A stretch of DNA of 64,000 bases from Epithemia pelagica (GCA_946965045.2 OX337236.1:3286001-3350000), one strand, 5' to 3'. Shown: positions 10,426 through 21,855, numbered from the stretch's first letter. Notes: generated by a model from the letters alone, not told the origin. Translations and numbers: made by a program.

Positions 10426-10998
10426 ATGACCCGCCGTGCAATGGAACAATCAAACAGAGACGACAGGAAGAGGCAAGGAAGAAGAAACAAGATGACCAAC
10501 ATGAGGACGAAGTTCGAGTTCAACGAAGAGGATGGCCGTGAGGGTGGTGCTGGTCTCCCGTTCAAGTCGTGCTTTTATGCCAGCGATGTTTGCGCGCTCA
10601 TCGGGCCCATGTCGAGAAACAAGGACACTGGCCACAACATCGTCGACCGTGGCCATCTGCTTGTGCAGCGGGAGCTTGCGACCGACTACCTACGGATTGC
10701 AGTCTTTGACCGGGATGCAACAAGCGAGCATGAGGAACCAGCGTTGGTTGTTCCAGTTGGGTTCATTGCTCTGTCGCACCTGGACCAGGTCTCTGGAAAG
10801 ACGAGCAAGAACGGACCTCCCATGGGACGCATCCGCCTCTACACACGCTGCTCCATCAACCCTAAAGCCTGCATGGAACCCCAGGTCGTTACAATCTACA
10901 TGGGCAGCAAGGATATGGATCGCTTCAACATTTCGCTTGGTGCGATGATGCTCAAGCACCCGCTTCAAAATCTCTTCTTTAATCATCAACAAGCCTAG
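10426..10998 (+). CDS. Transposon cargo, hypothetical protein, 190 aa
   Basis: Open frame with globular beta-rich composition (GHLLVQREL...YLRIAVFD...GRIRLYTRC...VVTIYMG), divergent from the 10254 gene. No recognisable family. Confidence 0.55.
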   Translation: MTRRAMEQSNRDDRKRQGRRNKMTNMRTKFEFNEEDGREGGAGLPFKSCFYASDVCALIGPMSRNKDTGHNIVDRGHLLVQRELATDYLRIAVFDRDATSEHEEPALVVPVGFIALSHLDQVSGKTSKNGPPMGRIRLYTRCSINPKACMEPQVVTIYMGSKDMDRFNISLGAMMLKHPLQNLFFNHQQA

Positions 10999-11592
10999 AT
11001 AGTGAACAATGTAGCAGCGTTTTATGATTATCATTTGAGTAGGATCTTCATTCTCTATGAATACGATCTAATTCTATAGTTGTGTTACGTTTACCGTACA
11101 ATACATTGCGTTCAGGTACGGCTGTGTGAGTCACAACAAAGAAAAGAGCATCAATCTTTGTTGTGAACGACGCAACTTCTAGTCTAAGTTCCATATATCT
11201 AACGAGAAGAATATCAATTTTTGACGTGAACAACGCTACAAGTGTTCATAGTCTTTGTTCTATCTTCTATCATTCGATTCTACAATAGAGGTGCATTGGT
11301 TGCACCAAGTTTTGCCGTGAGTCGCCGTAGTAAATCGCGCGGCGACCACCTTCAACTAGATAAAACGACACCTACAAAACGAATGCAGCGCCGACATCGT
11401 TCTCCATGCTCAACCCATGAATGGAGAAGAGGTTCAGAGCATGGGATCATGGAGCCGTCTCCTATTTGGCAAGAGATCGGTCAAAAGGACCGTTCACCAT
11501 GGTCAATTTTTGGTAGAACGGTAGAGGCATAAATAGAAGGGCTATATTAAGGGGATGGCTCGCGCGGATTACGTAGATTTCCTACTGGAGCG

Positions 11593-11626
11593 CTACGTCA
11601 GGAACATTCTGTCTGAACTCAGCTTG
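11593..11626 (-). repeat. Right terminal inverted repeat of the large ITm element
   Basis: Reverse complement CAAGCTGAGTTCAGACAGAATGTTCCTGACGTAG, followed by TA. Confidence 0.9.
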
Positions 11627-11628
11627 TA

Positions 11629-12117
11629 GGCCGTTCCTTGATATTCTGCAAAAACAAAAATCGACACATGACATCACCTTTTTGTAGACAATTGCGCGAC
11701 ACGCCGTCCTTTGGCATTTACAAAACCAAAACCTATAACCGCACTTTTTCCCCCAAGGCCCCCAATAGTCCCCATATTCACTTTGATGATTTGATTACTA
11801 CAATTATCAAAGTAAGACATTAGGAGGACGTTCCGTCTTCCTCTTCATTGAGGTTAGGGGGACCGTTGGAGTCGAACGCGCGCCGTTCAAATCCTAAACC
11901 GTCATTTTTGTTTCTGTAGGGCCCAATGTACACTAGCAAGAAGAAAGCACTATCCCTAATGTCTGTTCAGCTTTTGCCGGCCTGCAAAAGTTGGACCCAA
12001 CTTTTGCAGCCTCAAAAGCTGAAACAGCGTCGAACCCGGATTTGACGCCATATTTCCGGGTTTTTTGTGACGTGTCACCCTCCAACTTTTGTTTTTGCAG
12101 AAGATCAAGGAACGGCC
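11629..12117. mobile_element. Tourist-like (PIF/Harbinger-type) MITE, 489 bp
   Basis: 31-bp TIRs GGCCGTTCCTTGAT(A/C)TTCTGCAAAAACAAAA at 11629-11659 and 12087-12117 (30/31). TTA at 12118-12120; the matching left TTA is at 1900-1902 once the ITm element is removed. Internal palindromes; no ORF. Confidence 0.85.
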
Positions 12118-12291
12118 TTAGTCCTCGCTTCACATTTTGTGTGGAGCCAGGCGCGTCGGTCGACGCTACCCCCCTAGCGGGTGCGCGCGGCAGCGTTAAA
12201 ATAGATTGTACCTTTTTTTTTTTTTTACACCTTTCACGTTCACGGACCGTTGGTCTCATTGTTTCTCATTCCTGTCGATGAGCACAGAAGC

Positions 12292-13374
12292 ATGGACCAC
12301 CCAACGCCACCGCCGCCGCCACAACCAGCAGCAGGGGCTGCAAGAGAAGCAGAGGAGGACTGTGGTACGGGGGCCCAAGAGGAGGAGGAGGAGCAACAAC
12401 ACTCGAACAACGAGAAGGACCCACACTCGAACGACGAGACCCCCGCACCGAACAAGCAGCAGGTCGGTACTACCGAGGAGAGCAGCCACCACCGGACGAA
12501 TAGCAGTCTGCCTGGCACGGTACCTCGCTTGGCTCCCTTCAATCCCAGTCACGACGACAGTGTGAGCCTGGCCTTGGACTTGTTTCAGTTTGACAACGAC
12601 AACCACAATGACGAGGTTTTGGTAGATGTGGGCTGTGGCGATGGTCGCGTCTTGATGCAAGCCGCTCAGCAGTGTCCATCCTTACGATGCATTGGGGTGG
12701 AAACCAATCCGCAATTGGTCCAACGAGCCTGGAATCGATTGCACGCGCAGTATGCGCTGGACGTGCAACGACGCGTTGACATTCGACTCCAAAATGCCGT
12801 CGATGCGTTACTGCCGCCATCATCATTCTCTTCTACAACAACAATGACTGCTACAACCACTGCTACGACTGCGATTGCTACGACAACGGCACCAACGACT
12901 GCTACGACTACGACTACGACTACTACGTCGTCATCATCAACAACACCAGTACCACCCTCTACCATGTTGGGTCACGACTGTCGCGACTTGACCGTGTGGG
13001 ACCATGCCACGGCCTTGTACTTGTACTTGGTCCCCACAGGCATTGCCACCATAATGCCGCATTTGACGGCCTTGGTACAATCTCGACAACAACAACATGC
13101 GAATGACAACGACCCAAATGCCCTTGGTTCTCCACCACGTCGTCGTCCCCGTCCGTTGCAAGTCGTGGCCTGTACCTTTTCCATTCGCGCCTGGCACCCT
13201 GCGCAAAAAATTGCCACGGGAAAATCTCAAGTCTTGTTCCTTTATCATTATCCCCATCCCATTCAATGCAAAGAGGGGGAGGAGGAGAATAGTGGTGGCA
13301 AGGACAAGAAGGACAAGAACCACAATACCCCAACCGAGCAAGTGACCACCCCCTCCACCCATTCCGAATCGTAG
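12292..13374 (+). CDS. Class I SAM-dependent methyltransferase, FAM173/ATPSCKMT-like protein-lysine MTase
   Basis: LAPFNPS, motif I LVDVGCGDGRVL, CIGVE, ATALYLYLVP and VVACTF motifs; poly-Thr insertion. Confidence 0.75.
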   Translation: MDHPTPPPPPQPAAGAAREAEEDCGTGAQEEEEEQQHSNNEKDPHSNDETPAPNKQQVGTTEESSHHRTNSSLPGTVPRLAPFNPSHDDSVSLALDLFQFDNDNHNDEVLVDVGCGDGRVLMQAAQQCPSLRCIGVETNPQLVQRAWNRLHAQYALDVQRRVDIRLQNAVDALLPPSSFSSTTTMTATTTATTAIATTTAPTTATTTTTTTTSSSSTTPVPPSTMLGHDCRDLTVWDHATALYLYLVPTGIATIMPHLTALVQSRQQQHANDNDPNALGSPPRRRPRPLQVVACTFSIRAWHPAQKIATGKSQVLFLYHYPHPIQCKEGEEENSGGKDKKDKNHNTPTEQVTTPSTHSES

Positions 13375-14416
13375 AGCAGGTACGATGCTTTGTTGGGCTT
13401 TTCACCAATCCTACCACGAACCAATCCAGTGTGCGCACCGACGGTCTTATCTACAGGAGTCGATTCGAACCACAGAGTATGATTCCCAAGGAATTTTTTG
13501 TTCCAAGAGTTCCTGCTGTGGCAACCACCACCAATTGGTATGTAGTGAGGGACGAGAGGATGATTGTCGTAGTAGTGTGCGGACCAGCTATTCGTTCCTC
13601 TGTTTCATGGCCAAACGTTCGTCGCATGTCACACACGGTGCTGGCAAACGGCACCCAATCTGCGGCTCCTCGTCCGTCACATGATGTGTATCCTATTCCC
13701 GCAACCACAACCACAACCAGGGGTTTTTCATGGTGCCCAACGGAATGGGACACGAAATGTCTCTTTGTCCGCAAAGGATTGGGGGGGACGGATTCCGTGC
13801 GGGCCACTAGCCACAAACAAAGACAAAGAAGGAATTGCCTCCCATTCCAGAACGACCAAACTCAATTGCCTCCCATTCCAGAACGACCAAACTCGGTGTA
13901 CCATGATGGCCCCTCGAGAGCGGTGGGCACAAACAGTATGACTGGAAACCCTTCTGCAGTCTCCTCGTTCCAAAAAAAAAGACAGCTCCAAGGTACCAAA
14001 CAAACTACACGAACATATATAGATAGCTAGATACTGTGCGACTGGGGTCCAGGCACTGTAACGACCAACAATGAGAATGGTCTTTGCCATTATTATTGAG
14101 ACAGTAGGATGGGATCTTTTTCTAGTCAAGAACGTCCCGGTAGAACCGACTACCTAGGGAGAGAGAGATCGTTGTCTTGAAAGTTTCGACAAGAGATAGA
14201 GTATCCGTGGGACAAGGGCCAAACCAAAAACGGAAGGGATAGCTGCAGTAGCAAACTCCGGATCACTTCCACGTGGAGTTGCTCCGAACGATCTTTTCTG
14301 TGGAGTACAACAACAAAAAACACATCATCTCTCTTCTTCCGTTTCTTGGTGCGAATCGACGAACCAAGCGAGGTTGTTGAGTGTCGCGCAAGGATTGGTT
14401 GGACGGAACCGAAAGG

Positions 14417-15751
14417 ATGGCGTTGCAGATGCTGCGGTTTATGGCCCTGGTCGTCGTTGTCGTCGAATGGAACCAAGGGGCCGTTGGATTCGTGAGGGGC
14501 TTTCAGCCAGGAGGGACGGCTGGTTGGAGTAGTAGGACAAGCACAACCACACTGCGACCACAAGCACAACAAGCACAACAACGACCGCCACCACTCTCTT
14601 CTTCTGGGTGTTGGTCGGAACGTTTCACGACGCAAATAACAACACCTTCTCGCGTTGTCGTATTGGCCCTCTCGTCGTCGTCATCGTCGATAGAATCTAC
14701 TCGTCGTCAATCGCGACGTTCCGTCGACCGTGTTACTACTTCCACAACCACAACAACGACACCGGCCATTGGAGGAGCCGAATTTTTTGGCGGCAAAAAG
14801 GAAAAGGAAGAATTTTACGATCCGCAAGCCGAAGCCACGGCAGTGTTACGAGCGGACCAGGACACATCGAGCGGCGAGTCGTCGAACAATGGGGCCTGGG
14901 ATCGGTTTGCCGACCGGTCGGCCTTTTCGGACGACACGGTCGCCGGATTGGTCCGACACTTGCAATTTCAAGTCAATCAGGTCTTGTATGACGATTCCGA
15001 GGTAGAACCTGCGGTGGAAAAGGGTGGGGTGCAGTATGCCACTGCCAACAAGTTGGTGTGGAAGACACCCTTTGACTCGTTGTACCTCCAGAACCAGAAA
15101 CAAGCCCAAACGACCACCCTCAATCCATTGGAGGCGTTGCAATGTGCCTTAAACGACTTTGAACGCGTCGATGTGGCCCTTACAGCTGGTCGACCACTCC
15201 CCAACGACAACACTGACAACAACAACCAGCGACTGTCAGTGGAACTGCACTGGGAAGTGTCCTTGGCCTGGTCCGAATTTGCGTGGGAACCCCGCGTCCT
15301 CTTGATCGGATCGTCCCACTTGCAACTAGAACGACTCCAACCCGATTCGTCCTGGACGATTGTGCAACAAGACGATTTCTTGTTTGGTGGACATGATCAT
15401 GACAAGAACAACAACAACAAGAACAACGATCAAGTGTCCTTGTTGCGCACTCAATACCTCGCCCCGCAACTCGTGCCGCGCTTTTGGGATTTGTATCACA
15501 TTGGCATGACACCGTCGGCCGAAGTGCAACCCCACGTTACTGTCCAAAAACGACGAGGTTATGAAATTTGGGATTGGCCGGGACGATGGTATGTGACACC
15601 CACCGTGGTCGATACGACCATGGATCGGACGGTCCAATTGGCTCAAGTCTTGCCGAGTCATGCCTTTGGCGTGTCGGCTCTGTCGACCGTGGGACCGACG
15701 CAAGAACGATTTGTCCCCACCTCGCCACTCGAACTCCAAATTCGCAGTAGC

Positions 15752-15783
<32 letters not shown>

Positions 15784-16276
15784 GGCGACGAATGGTGTGT
15801 TGTTGCAATGGCAGATTCCTCTGTCGGTCGAACTTCAATCGCAACTCGTGTGGCCTCCCGCCACCAGCCAGGACGACGACGACGACGAGGATGAACCAGA
15901 CACGACAGCCAAGGAACCGTCATCCTCGAGTACCACCACCACCATGGAACCCGAGTGTCGGTATACATGGGTGGGACCCCGACGAGTGGCGGTCGTTCCC
16001 TTTGGTGGCACGGGGCCCCAAGATAAAGGCATTCCGGCGGCGCGACAAGCCTTGTATCAAGCCGTGATCCAAGAGGGCCACTACCAACCCAAACTCACCA
16101 CCGCAACAACGACTGGAACGGGTCGTCCCCAATTCACCTTTTGGAACCAGGCCTTCAAGGGCTGCTTTACGGCCAATGGATTGGGCATGGCAGTCTATGA
16201 ATGGCGACCCAATTCGTTGCCCTGGTTGGCCCAAAACTACTACGTCGGGTTGGAGCTCCAAGTGCCCGAACCATAG
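14417..16276 (+). CDS. Probable plastid-targeted protein with DUF2358/SnoaL-like and degenerate SOUL heme-binding-like domains
   Basis: Signal-peptide-like N-terminus ending AVG-F followed by a Ser/Thr/Arg-rich transit-like stretch. VELHWEVSLAW...PRVLLIGSS segment and C-terminal RRVAVVPFGG...ARQALY segment typical of SOUL proteins (recalled). Confidence 0.55.
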
Positions 16277-16756
16277 TAAAACCGTTTTTCCATACCATCC
16301 CGAAAGGGGATGGTTCGTAGGCGTTCTAGCTATAATAGGTTCGCATCTTGTCCTGCCGTACTGACACATGTAGTAGTATTCGCATAAAAGAATCTACAGG
16401 CCTAGTACCATATCGGTATAGACGGGACAATGGTGTGTGGTACTAATAGCTAGTGACCATAGTTCTACGGCATAGTACACTCTCGTAACAGCGAGGTGAT
16501 TCGTCGTCGTCGTCCCATTGCCTCAGGACTCAGGACCCCAATCGCACAGAAATCGAACTGTCGTGTAGTTTGGTAGCTTGGGCAACATGGGACGACTGCG
16601 GGGGTTTTGTCCATGCGCTTCCTTGTATTCGTTGTTTTGTCTTGGTTTTCTTTGGGCGCGGGCCAGTCGCTGTCGGTAAAAATTGGACAGACTGACAGAC
16701 CCTGCGCGCACACACACACACAACACACACACACGTTCGCTCTCGCTGCGTACGGA

Positions 16757-19097
16757 ATGGCTTTCCTCACAACTCAGAGGATGAACGGTCCAACGAAAAA
16801 GCCTCGCTTGGAAGCCAATTCGACGATGATGAGTGCAAGCGACATGGAGATGGACGAAGGAACCGAACAGTCGTTGGTAAGATTCGCGAAAGAGAATGAT
16901 TTGGACGTCAGTATTGTCCCGAAGTTGAAAAAAGCCAAGTCAGCCATACATTCCCGGAAAATCGATGAAAAAATTCGGGCCGGTTTTCTCGAAGGATGTT
17001 TACTTTCGACTCATGGAAATTTCACGCAGGATCATGCAAAAGAGGCCTTGAAAATCTTATTCCCGGAACCTGAAGAGCCCAAATCCAATCATCGAGGTCC
17101 CAGCATTGTGGATGGTTTGGACACAACGCTTGCGCACACCTTCGACTTGGAAGCCTTTGCGGAACGAATCGAAAATCTCTTTTCCTGGCATGAATCGGAT
17201 CATGAGCAATTTCTGGCGCCCTACTTTGCACTCGTTCAATCAAGTGGAATGGGGAAAACCAAATTGTTCAAAGAGTTTCGCGACCTTTACAACAAAAATC
17301 AAAGATAATGCTGTAAAACCATCCTCTGCCTTGACGCACATCTGAGCCAAGAAAAACAAAAACAGTTTTTTGACCACCATCTCGTCAAAGTCACCGACAA
17401 TGACGACATCGTGGATGCTGTCTTTGCAAGAATGGACAGCATTATTCGTGGATTGAGTGACAAAGTGGTACTTCTGTTCGATGAAGCACAAGGTCTGATG
17501 GAAGGAGTTGACATTCAAGGGAAGGGTTCTCTTGTGTTTCGAGCCATTCGATGGTGGCTGCGGAAACAGCGCAACGTCCATGTGGTTGCCGTCTTTGCTG
17601 GAACGACTGCGAAGCTCTCCAACTTTTTCCCACCAGATCCCCCGATGCACGGTGATTCGCGGAAAGCAAGGGTCACATACGTGAATTATAAAGCCGGTGA
17701 AGGCGACAAGAAGATGTTATATACGCCTTTTTTTGAGCTGAATACGATTTCTTGTTTGCGAGGGATGGAGCAAGAGACTCTGCGCAGCACGAGCGCAGTA
17801 GTATCCACAAAGTCACAATTTCCAGAGGCGGTGATCTACGGAAGACCGTTGTTTGCCTACTACTATATCACAAATACGCTGGATCCGAAAAAGCTGACAG
17901 AATTTGCCAAGAGTTTGGTGTTGTCATGCGCAAACTATGAAACGGATCTTTCTGCCTGCTACAGCGTTTTAGGTGCACGAGTGCAAATGGGAGTAGTCAA
18001 CTCCTTTTACACATTGACCAAGCTGGTGAGCTCTGGATACGCCTGTTTGGTTAGCTTTCGACAACAGGAGAACAATGCCTCTACTCCTCTGGCGCAAGTG
18101 ACATTTATGCCGGATCCGCTGTGCGCGACCCTGGCCATGCGGTTGATGGACGAAGCGTGGCAGGACGGAGAGCTCCAGGGCCACGGGAAGCAATTTTGGA
18201 CTCTCCAGGCGGAGAAGGCATTCACAACCAAATTGTGTCTACCAGATAACGGGGACGCGGTCGAAAATTTTGCCGCGTTGTACATGCTTTTCTGCGGTGA
18301 TGTGCTGCGAAAAGAGACTGACTCTGGACTCTCAATCTTTTCTGTTTCGTTGGACGAATGGTTTCGACTCTTGAAAAGCGGCGGCAGAAAACCAACCGAC
18401 TCCAGCCCGGAAGATGCGGAGGGAAATGCCCATACTGAATATCTAGCGGTGGACTCTGACGCTGCCATCCTTACAGCCCAAGAAAGAAGTGGAGAAACCG
18501 CAAACACCATATTGCCGAAACGATTTTCGAGCAAACTCGTTTTGCAAGCAAACATTTTTGAGCCACCTTTATCTCGCAGGTCTTGCCAGCTATGCCTACA
18601 AGAATTGCAAGGCCTTTGATATTGCGGCATCGATCAGGGTGAAACAGGTCTCCCCGGCACGCTGCACGTTTCACCCTCTGCTTGTGACCGTCAAGAATTG
18701 GGCCAATTTTTCGAAATCAGATGTTGATCGTTGGTCGGCCACCATGACGGAGTTTCTGGAAGACCTTCGAAAGGATGAAGCGGAACCCACCGCCGTGTGT
18801 ATTATTATTTTGCTGGGCTGCTCAGAAACTCCCACTATTTCCGATGAAAACCTGAGTTCCATGAGTTTGAAGCCATTTCCGGACACCGATGTCTTCCGTT
18901 TGGTTTGCGTAACCGAGAAGGATGAATTTGGTGTCTCAAACGCAGTTCGAAACCTGTATCATGGTTTGGAGCAGACCGAGATCTATTCTTCGCATGCCTT
19001 TGTGGCATGTGAAGAGTCGCCGAAGAACCTATTGCGAAAGCCGTCCCACAATCAGGATCGAGTTGAGAAGCTCTTTGATGCTCTAAAGATTTCATGA
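16757..19097 (+). pseudogene. P-loop NTPase (AAA+-type) with C-terminal putative restriction-endonuclease-fold domain, disrupted
   Basis: Walker A YFALVQSSGMGKTKL and Walker B VVLLFDEAQGL. An in-frame TAA at 17306-17308 splits two same-frame ORFs; frameshift near 18500. C-terminal AFDIAA...LLVTVK motif. Confidence 0.7.
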
Positions 19098-19401
19098 TGG
19101 TGGAGACATGTATTTCGTTAGCTGAAACAGATCCTTTAGGAACTATTCAACTGCCACCACAGAACATTGAGAAGCATGGGGAAGGACGTAATCTCCAGAC
19201 TGGCGCAACCAGGTGGACTGCCGTTCAAATAAACTTGCTGTTGGTGACTCTTTTGTCGACACATATATTATGCGGTTGTGGTGCTGTCATGTCGATAGCG
19301 TACGTACGACAGACACTCTCTGTACACATCGGTCCGCACCCATCAGAGCCGCAAACACTCGCTCGCGATCCTCATAAATTCCGCAGTCAACGTTTGGAGC
19401 C

Positions 19402-19490
19402 ATGAGCATGGCATTGCAAGAACAAGCATGGCAGCCAGGCCTTGTCTTTATGGACGAGACACAACAGAGTGGAATGAAAACGATTGGCCT
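19402..19490 (+). pseudogene. Isolated 5' fragment of a Kelch-array gene (K0) with its leader
   Basis: MSMALQEQAWQPGLVFMDET then frameshifted GAGTGGAATGAAAACGATTGGCCT, matching the array N-terminus MTTTLKEQAWQSGLVLLDETPEWNENDWP. The upstream CTCATAAATTC motif is shared with K3/K6. Confidence 0.8.
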
Positions 19491-20442
19491 CGGGTAGTAG
19501 CAAGAGGTTTTTCAAACTTTTTCGTTGCCACCTGTATTCCAAATGTTGCCTGGTGCAACGTTAAAGGTTTTGGTGCCTCAGATCCAGCCATCTGAACTCC
19601 CTGTGGACACGCTTGTCCAAATGTCCACCGGAAGCCATCGAACCGGGTTCACTCATGTCAGACAATCGTCGCCGCCGTGGTGGTCCTACCACAACAAAAA
19701 CGGACCGAACTAGGATCCCATTCAGGCCGTCTTTGCATCCTTTGCGGGGAAGGTACAACCGACTTGTCTTTTGACAAAAGGGGCACAACACGTCAAAGTG
19801 GTCGGTCGATACTGGTGGAAGATTTCCTGTCGTAGTTTCTGTTGTGGTTGTCACTGCCGTCATTCATGACAATGACAATGGTTTTTGTTGTTTGGGATCC
19901 GGAAACATGTCATCGTTATCGTTGATACAGAGTAGACCTCTTTGTGTGAATCCCAAACCTTGTTGTGTCCCTGTTGTATCGGCCATGGGTGACCTTGATG
20001 GAAGTAATCACGACCATCTTAGGATGAATGGTTTTGCAAAGTACGGGTCATTGTTGCCATTGAACGTTGAGAAGTGGTTGCAAGGTGGTCGTCTTGAGTC
20101 TCATACGCGGCTCGAAAATGGCAACAGCAACTCGTCGCGCGAACCAAAACTGTGTGCATCGGGAGGCAAACTCAAATCATGGAACGATCGACGCGCTCGT
20201 TTTCACCCTGATCCCGTTAAGTGCTAGCCGAAAAAGGAGCAAAACGCGACTGAAAGCGAAAAGGCCCAATGGACCTGAATATAGTTCGTCAGAGCCCTCG
20301 CAAACGTGTTGAGGCAAGACCAACAAATTAGCACTCCCTTACGTTGCTAATTACACTGTGTTTCAATCGATCATCAATCATAATCTTGGATGCTGTTGGG
20401 TCAGTCGATACTTGATCCACCTTTATAGAGTGACAAAACAGA

Positions 20443-21855
20443 ATGAGTGTCCCTCCACAAAAGAAGAACGCCACTGGACTTTCTGAAGTCAAGAGCAAAA
20501 GCCATGTAAGAAAGACAAGGAATCATTTTCTGTTACGAAAGGGGATTCTGTTCAGTTGCGTGTCGACGTTTTGGGTGGCCAATGTGGCCAACCTTGTTCC
20601 TCTCTGGTCCAACGTCGAGCTGAATCAGTTTGGCTACAAACAACAACAAGTCGAAGGAGACAATTTCATGCTTCCGCTTACCAAGGACGCTGCTGCTGTT
20701 AACCTTACACCCATTTGTCAAGCCACACCGTGGCCAGTCGTGCTTCCGTCTAAAATTTATCATTGTGGTCACGACCGACACGCCCTTCTCTCACTCGTGT
20801 ACCCGGAATTTGCCTCCATCCCCAAAAAGCGCTTGACGAAACAATCGATTCGCCATGCCACGCAACACGATGTACTTGTCTTTGGATCCTGTGGACACTG
20901 TCCAGGATTTCCCAGACAACCACGTCTACTGCAAGTCCTGCAGCTTCGCTTTCCCGGTATGATCTTTCACATCAATGAAGAGGCCAAACAGGGTGATATC
21001 TGGGAAAATTTTGCCTCCTACCAATCGTCACTCCCACATCAGCAACAACAACAGCAACTATCACCACAACATGCAACCAATGAGTCCAACAGTTCCGTGC
21101 CAGTGGTGATAGCTCCCCCGCGACGTAATTTTCATGTGGGCTACGCATCCGACTCCAATTATAGTGTCCGAGTCTTTTATGCCAGTCAGATTGTGGCCGA
21201 AGCCCCTCACGAAATGCAGCAATGGTTGTTCGATCCCTTGCAAAAGCCACGCAACACGGGAGAAGCCTTTTTGCTGTACACGGCGAGCAATTGTGTCCGA
21301 TTTCGCGAACAGGCCTTCCGTGCCATTGCGAAGGTCGTTTCCAAGATACCACGGGAAGCCCACAAAAATCGATCCAAGGCCCTTCACAAGGGAGCCAAGT
21401 GTGGGGGTGTCATGAAGCCCCCCATGTCACCCTGGAAACCCAAAAGCTGGCATGGGAATTGGCGGAGCAATTTCGAATCCTATCGTCATTATCGGTTTTG
21501 TCTCGTTTTGGAAAACCAATACCAACCGGGTTACATTACGGAAAAGATTGTTCTGGCCTTTTGGGCCGGATGCATTCCGATTTACTACGGTACCGAAGAA
21601 GTATTTGATATTTTCAATCCTCGAGCCTTTGTCTATTACGACCCGGGTCGTCCCCAACAAGCCCTGGCACAAATTGTGCACTTGGAAACGAACCAAACGG
21701 CCTACGACGAAATGATGAAGGAACCCATTTTGGCGCATGGTAATGACACTATCGATCGTTATTTTTCACTCCAGGATGGCGTGGGTCGTAATTCCTTCTT
21801 GAAACAACGGATTCGTGACATGGTCTGTGCGCAAGTACAAGATTTGGAGCAGTAA
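20443..21855 (+). CDS. Glycosyltransferase family 10 (alpha-1,3/4-fucosyltransferase-like), 470 aa
   Basis: FLLYTASNC and YRFCLVLENQYQPGYITEKIVLAFWAGCIPIYYG (GT10 signature); N-terminal hydrophobic anchor. Confidence 0.88.
   Translation: MSVPPQKKNATGLSEVKSKSHVRKTRNHFLLRKGILFSCVSTFWVANVANLVPLWSNVELNQFGYKQQQVEGDNFMLPLTKDAAAVNLTPICQATPWPVVLPSKIYHCGHDRHALLSLVYPEFASIPKKRLTKQSIRHATQHDVLVFGSCGHCPGFPRQPRLLQVLQLRFPGMIFHINEEAKQGDIWENFASYQSSLPHQQQQQQLSPQHATNESNSSVPVVIAPPRRNFHVGYASDSNYSVRVFYASQIVAEAPHEMQQWLFDPLQKPRNTGEAFLLYTASNCVRFREQAFRAIAKVVSKIPREAHKNRSKALHKGAKCGGVMKPPMSPWKPKSWHGNWRSNFESYRHYRFCLVLENQYQPGYITEKIVLAFWAGCIPIYYGTEEVFDIFNPRAFVYYDPGRPQQALAQIVHLETNQTAYDEMMKEPILAHGNDTIDRYFSLQDGVGRNSFLKQRIRDMVCAQVQDLEQ

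Larger units (their letters stand above)
1903..11626 (+). mobile_element. Large (9724 bp) IS630/Tc1/mariner-superfamily DNA transposon with cargo genes
   Basis: Inverted termini 1903-1936 and 11593-11626 (31/34 match), each flanked by TA (1901-1902, 11627-11628). Encloses a DDE transposase ORF and three further ORFs. Confidence 0.9.

Noticed and set aside
11855-11885. B-box-like GTTCGACTCC on the minus strand, and nearby hairpins ending in a T-run, suggesting a tRNA or Pol III RNA
   Set aside because: No T-stem pairing or cloverleaf; the region lies inside the MITE, whose palindromes explain the structure
5972-13374. Functional link between the SET cargo and the neighbouring FAM173-like lysine methyltransferase
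   Set aside because: The MTase lies outside the TIRs and the MITE; proximity is explained by the insertion site
13833-13894. 31-bp perfect tandem duplication
   Set aside because: Intergenic slippage duplication with no further structure
19561-19863. Minus-strand ORF with CPFC motif
   Set aside because: Short, no second Cys pair or recognisable domain; cannot be supported as a gene
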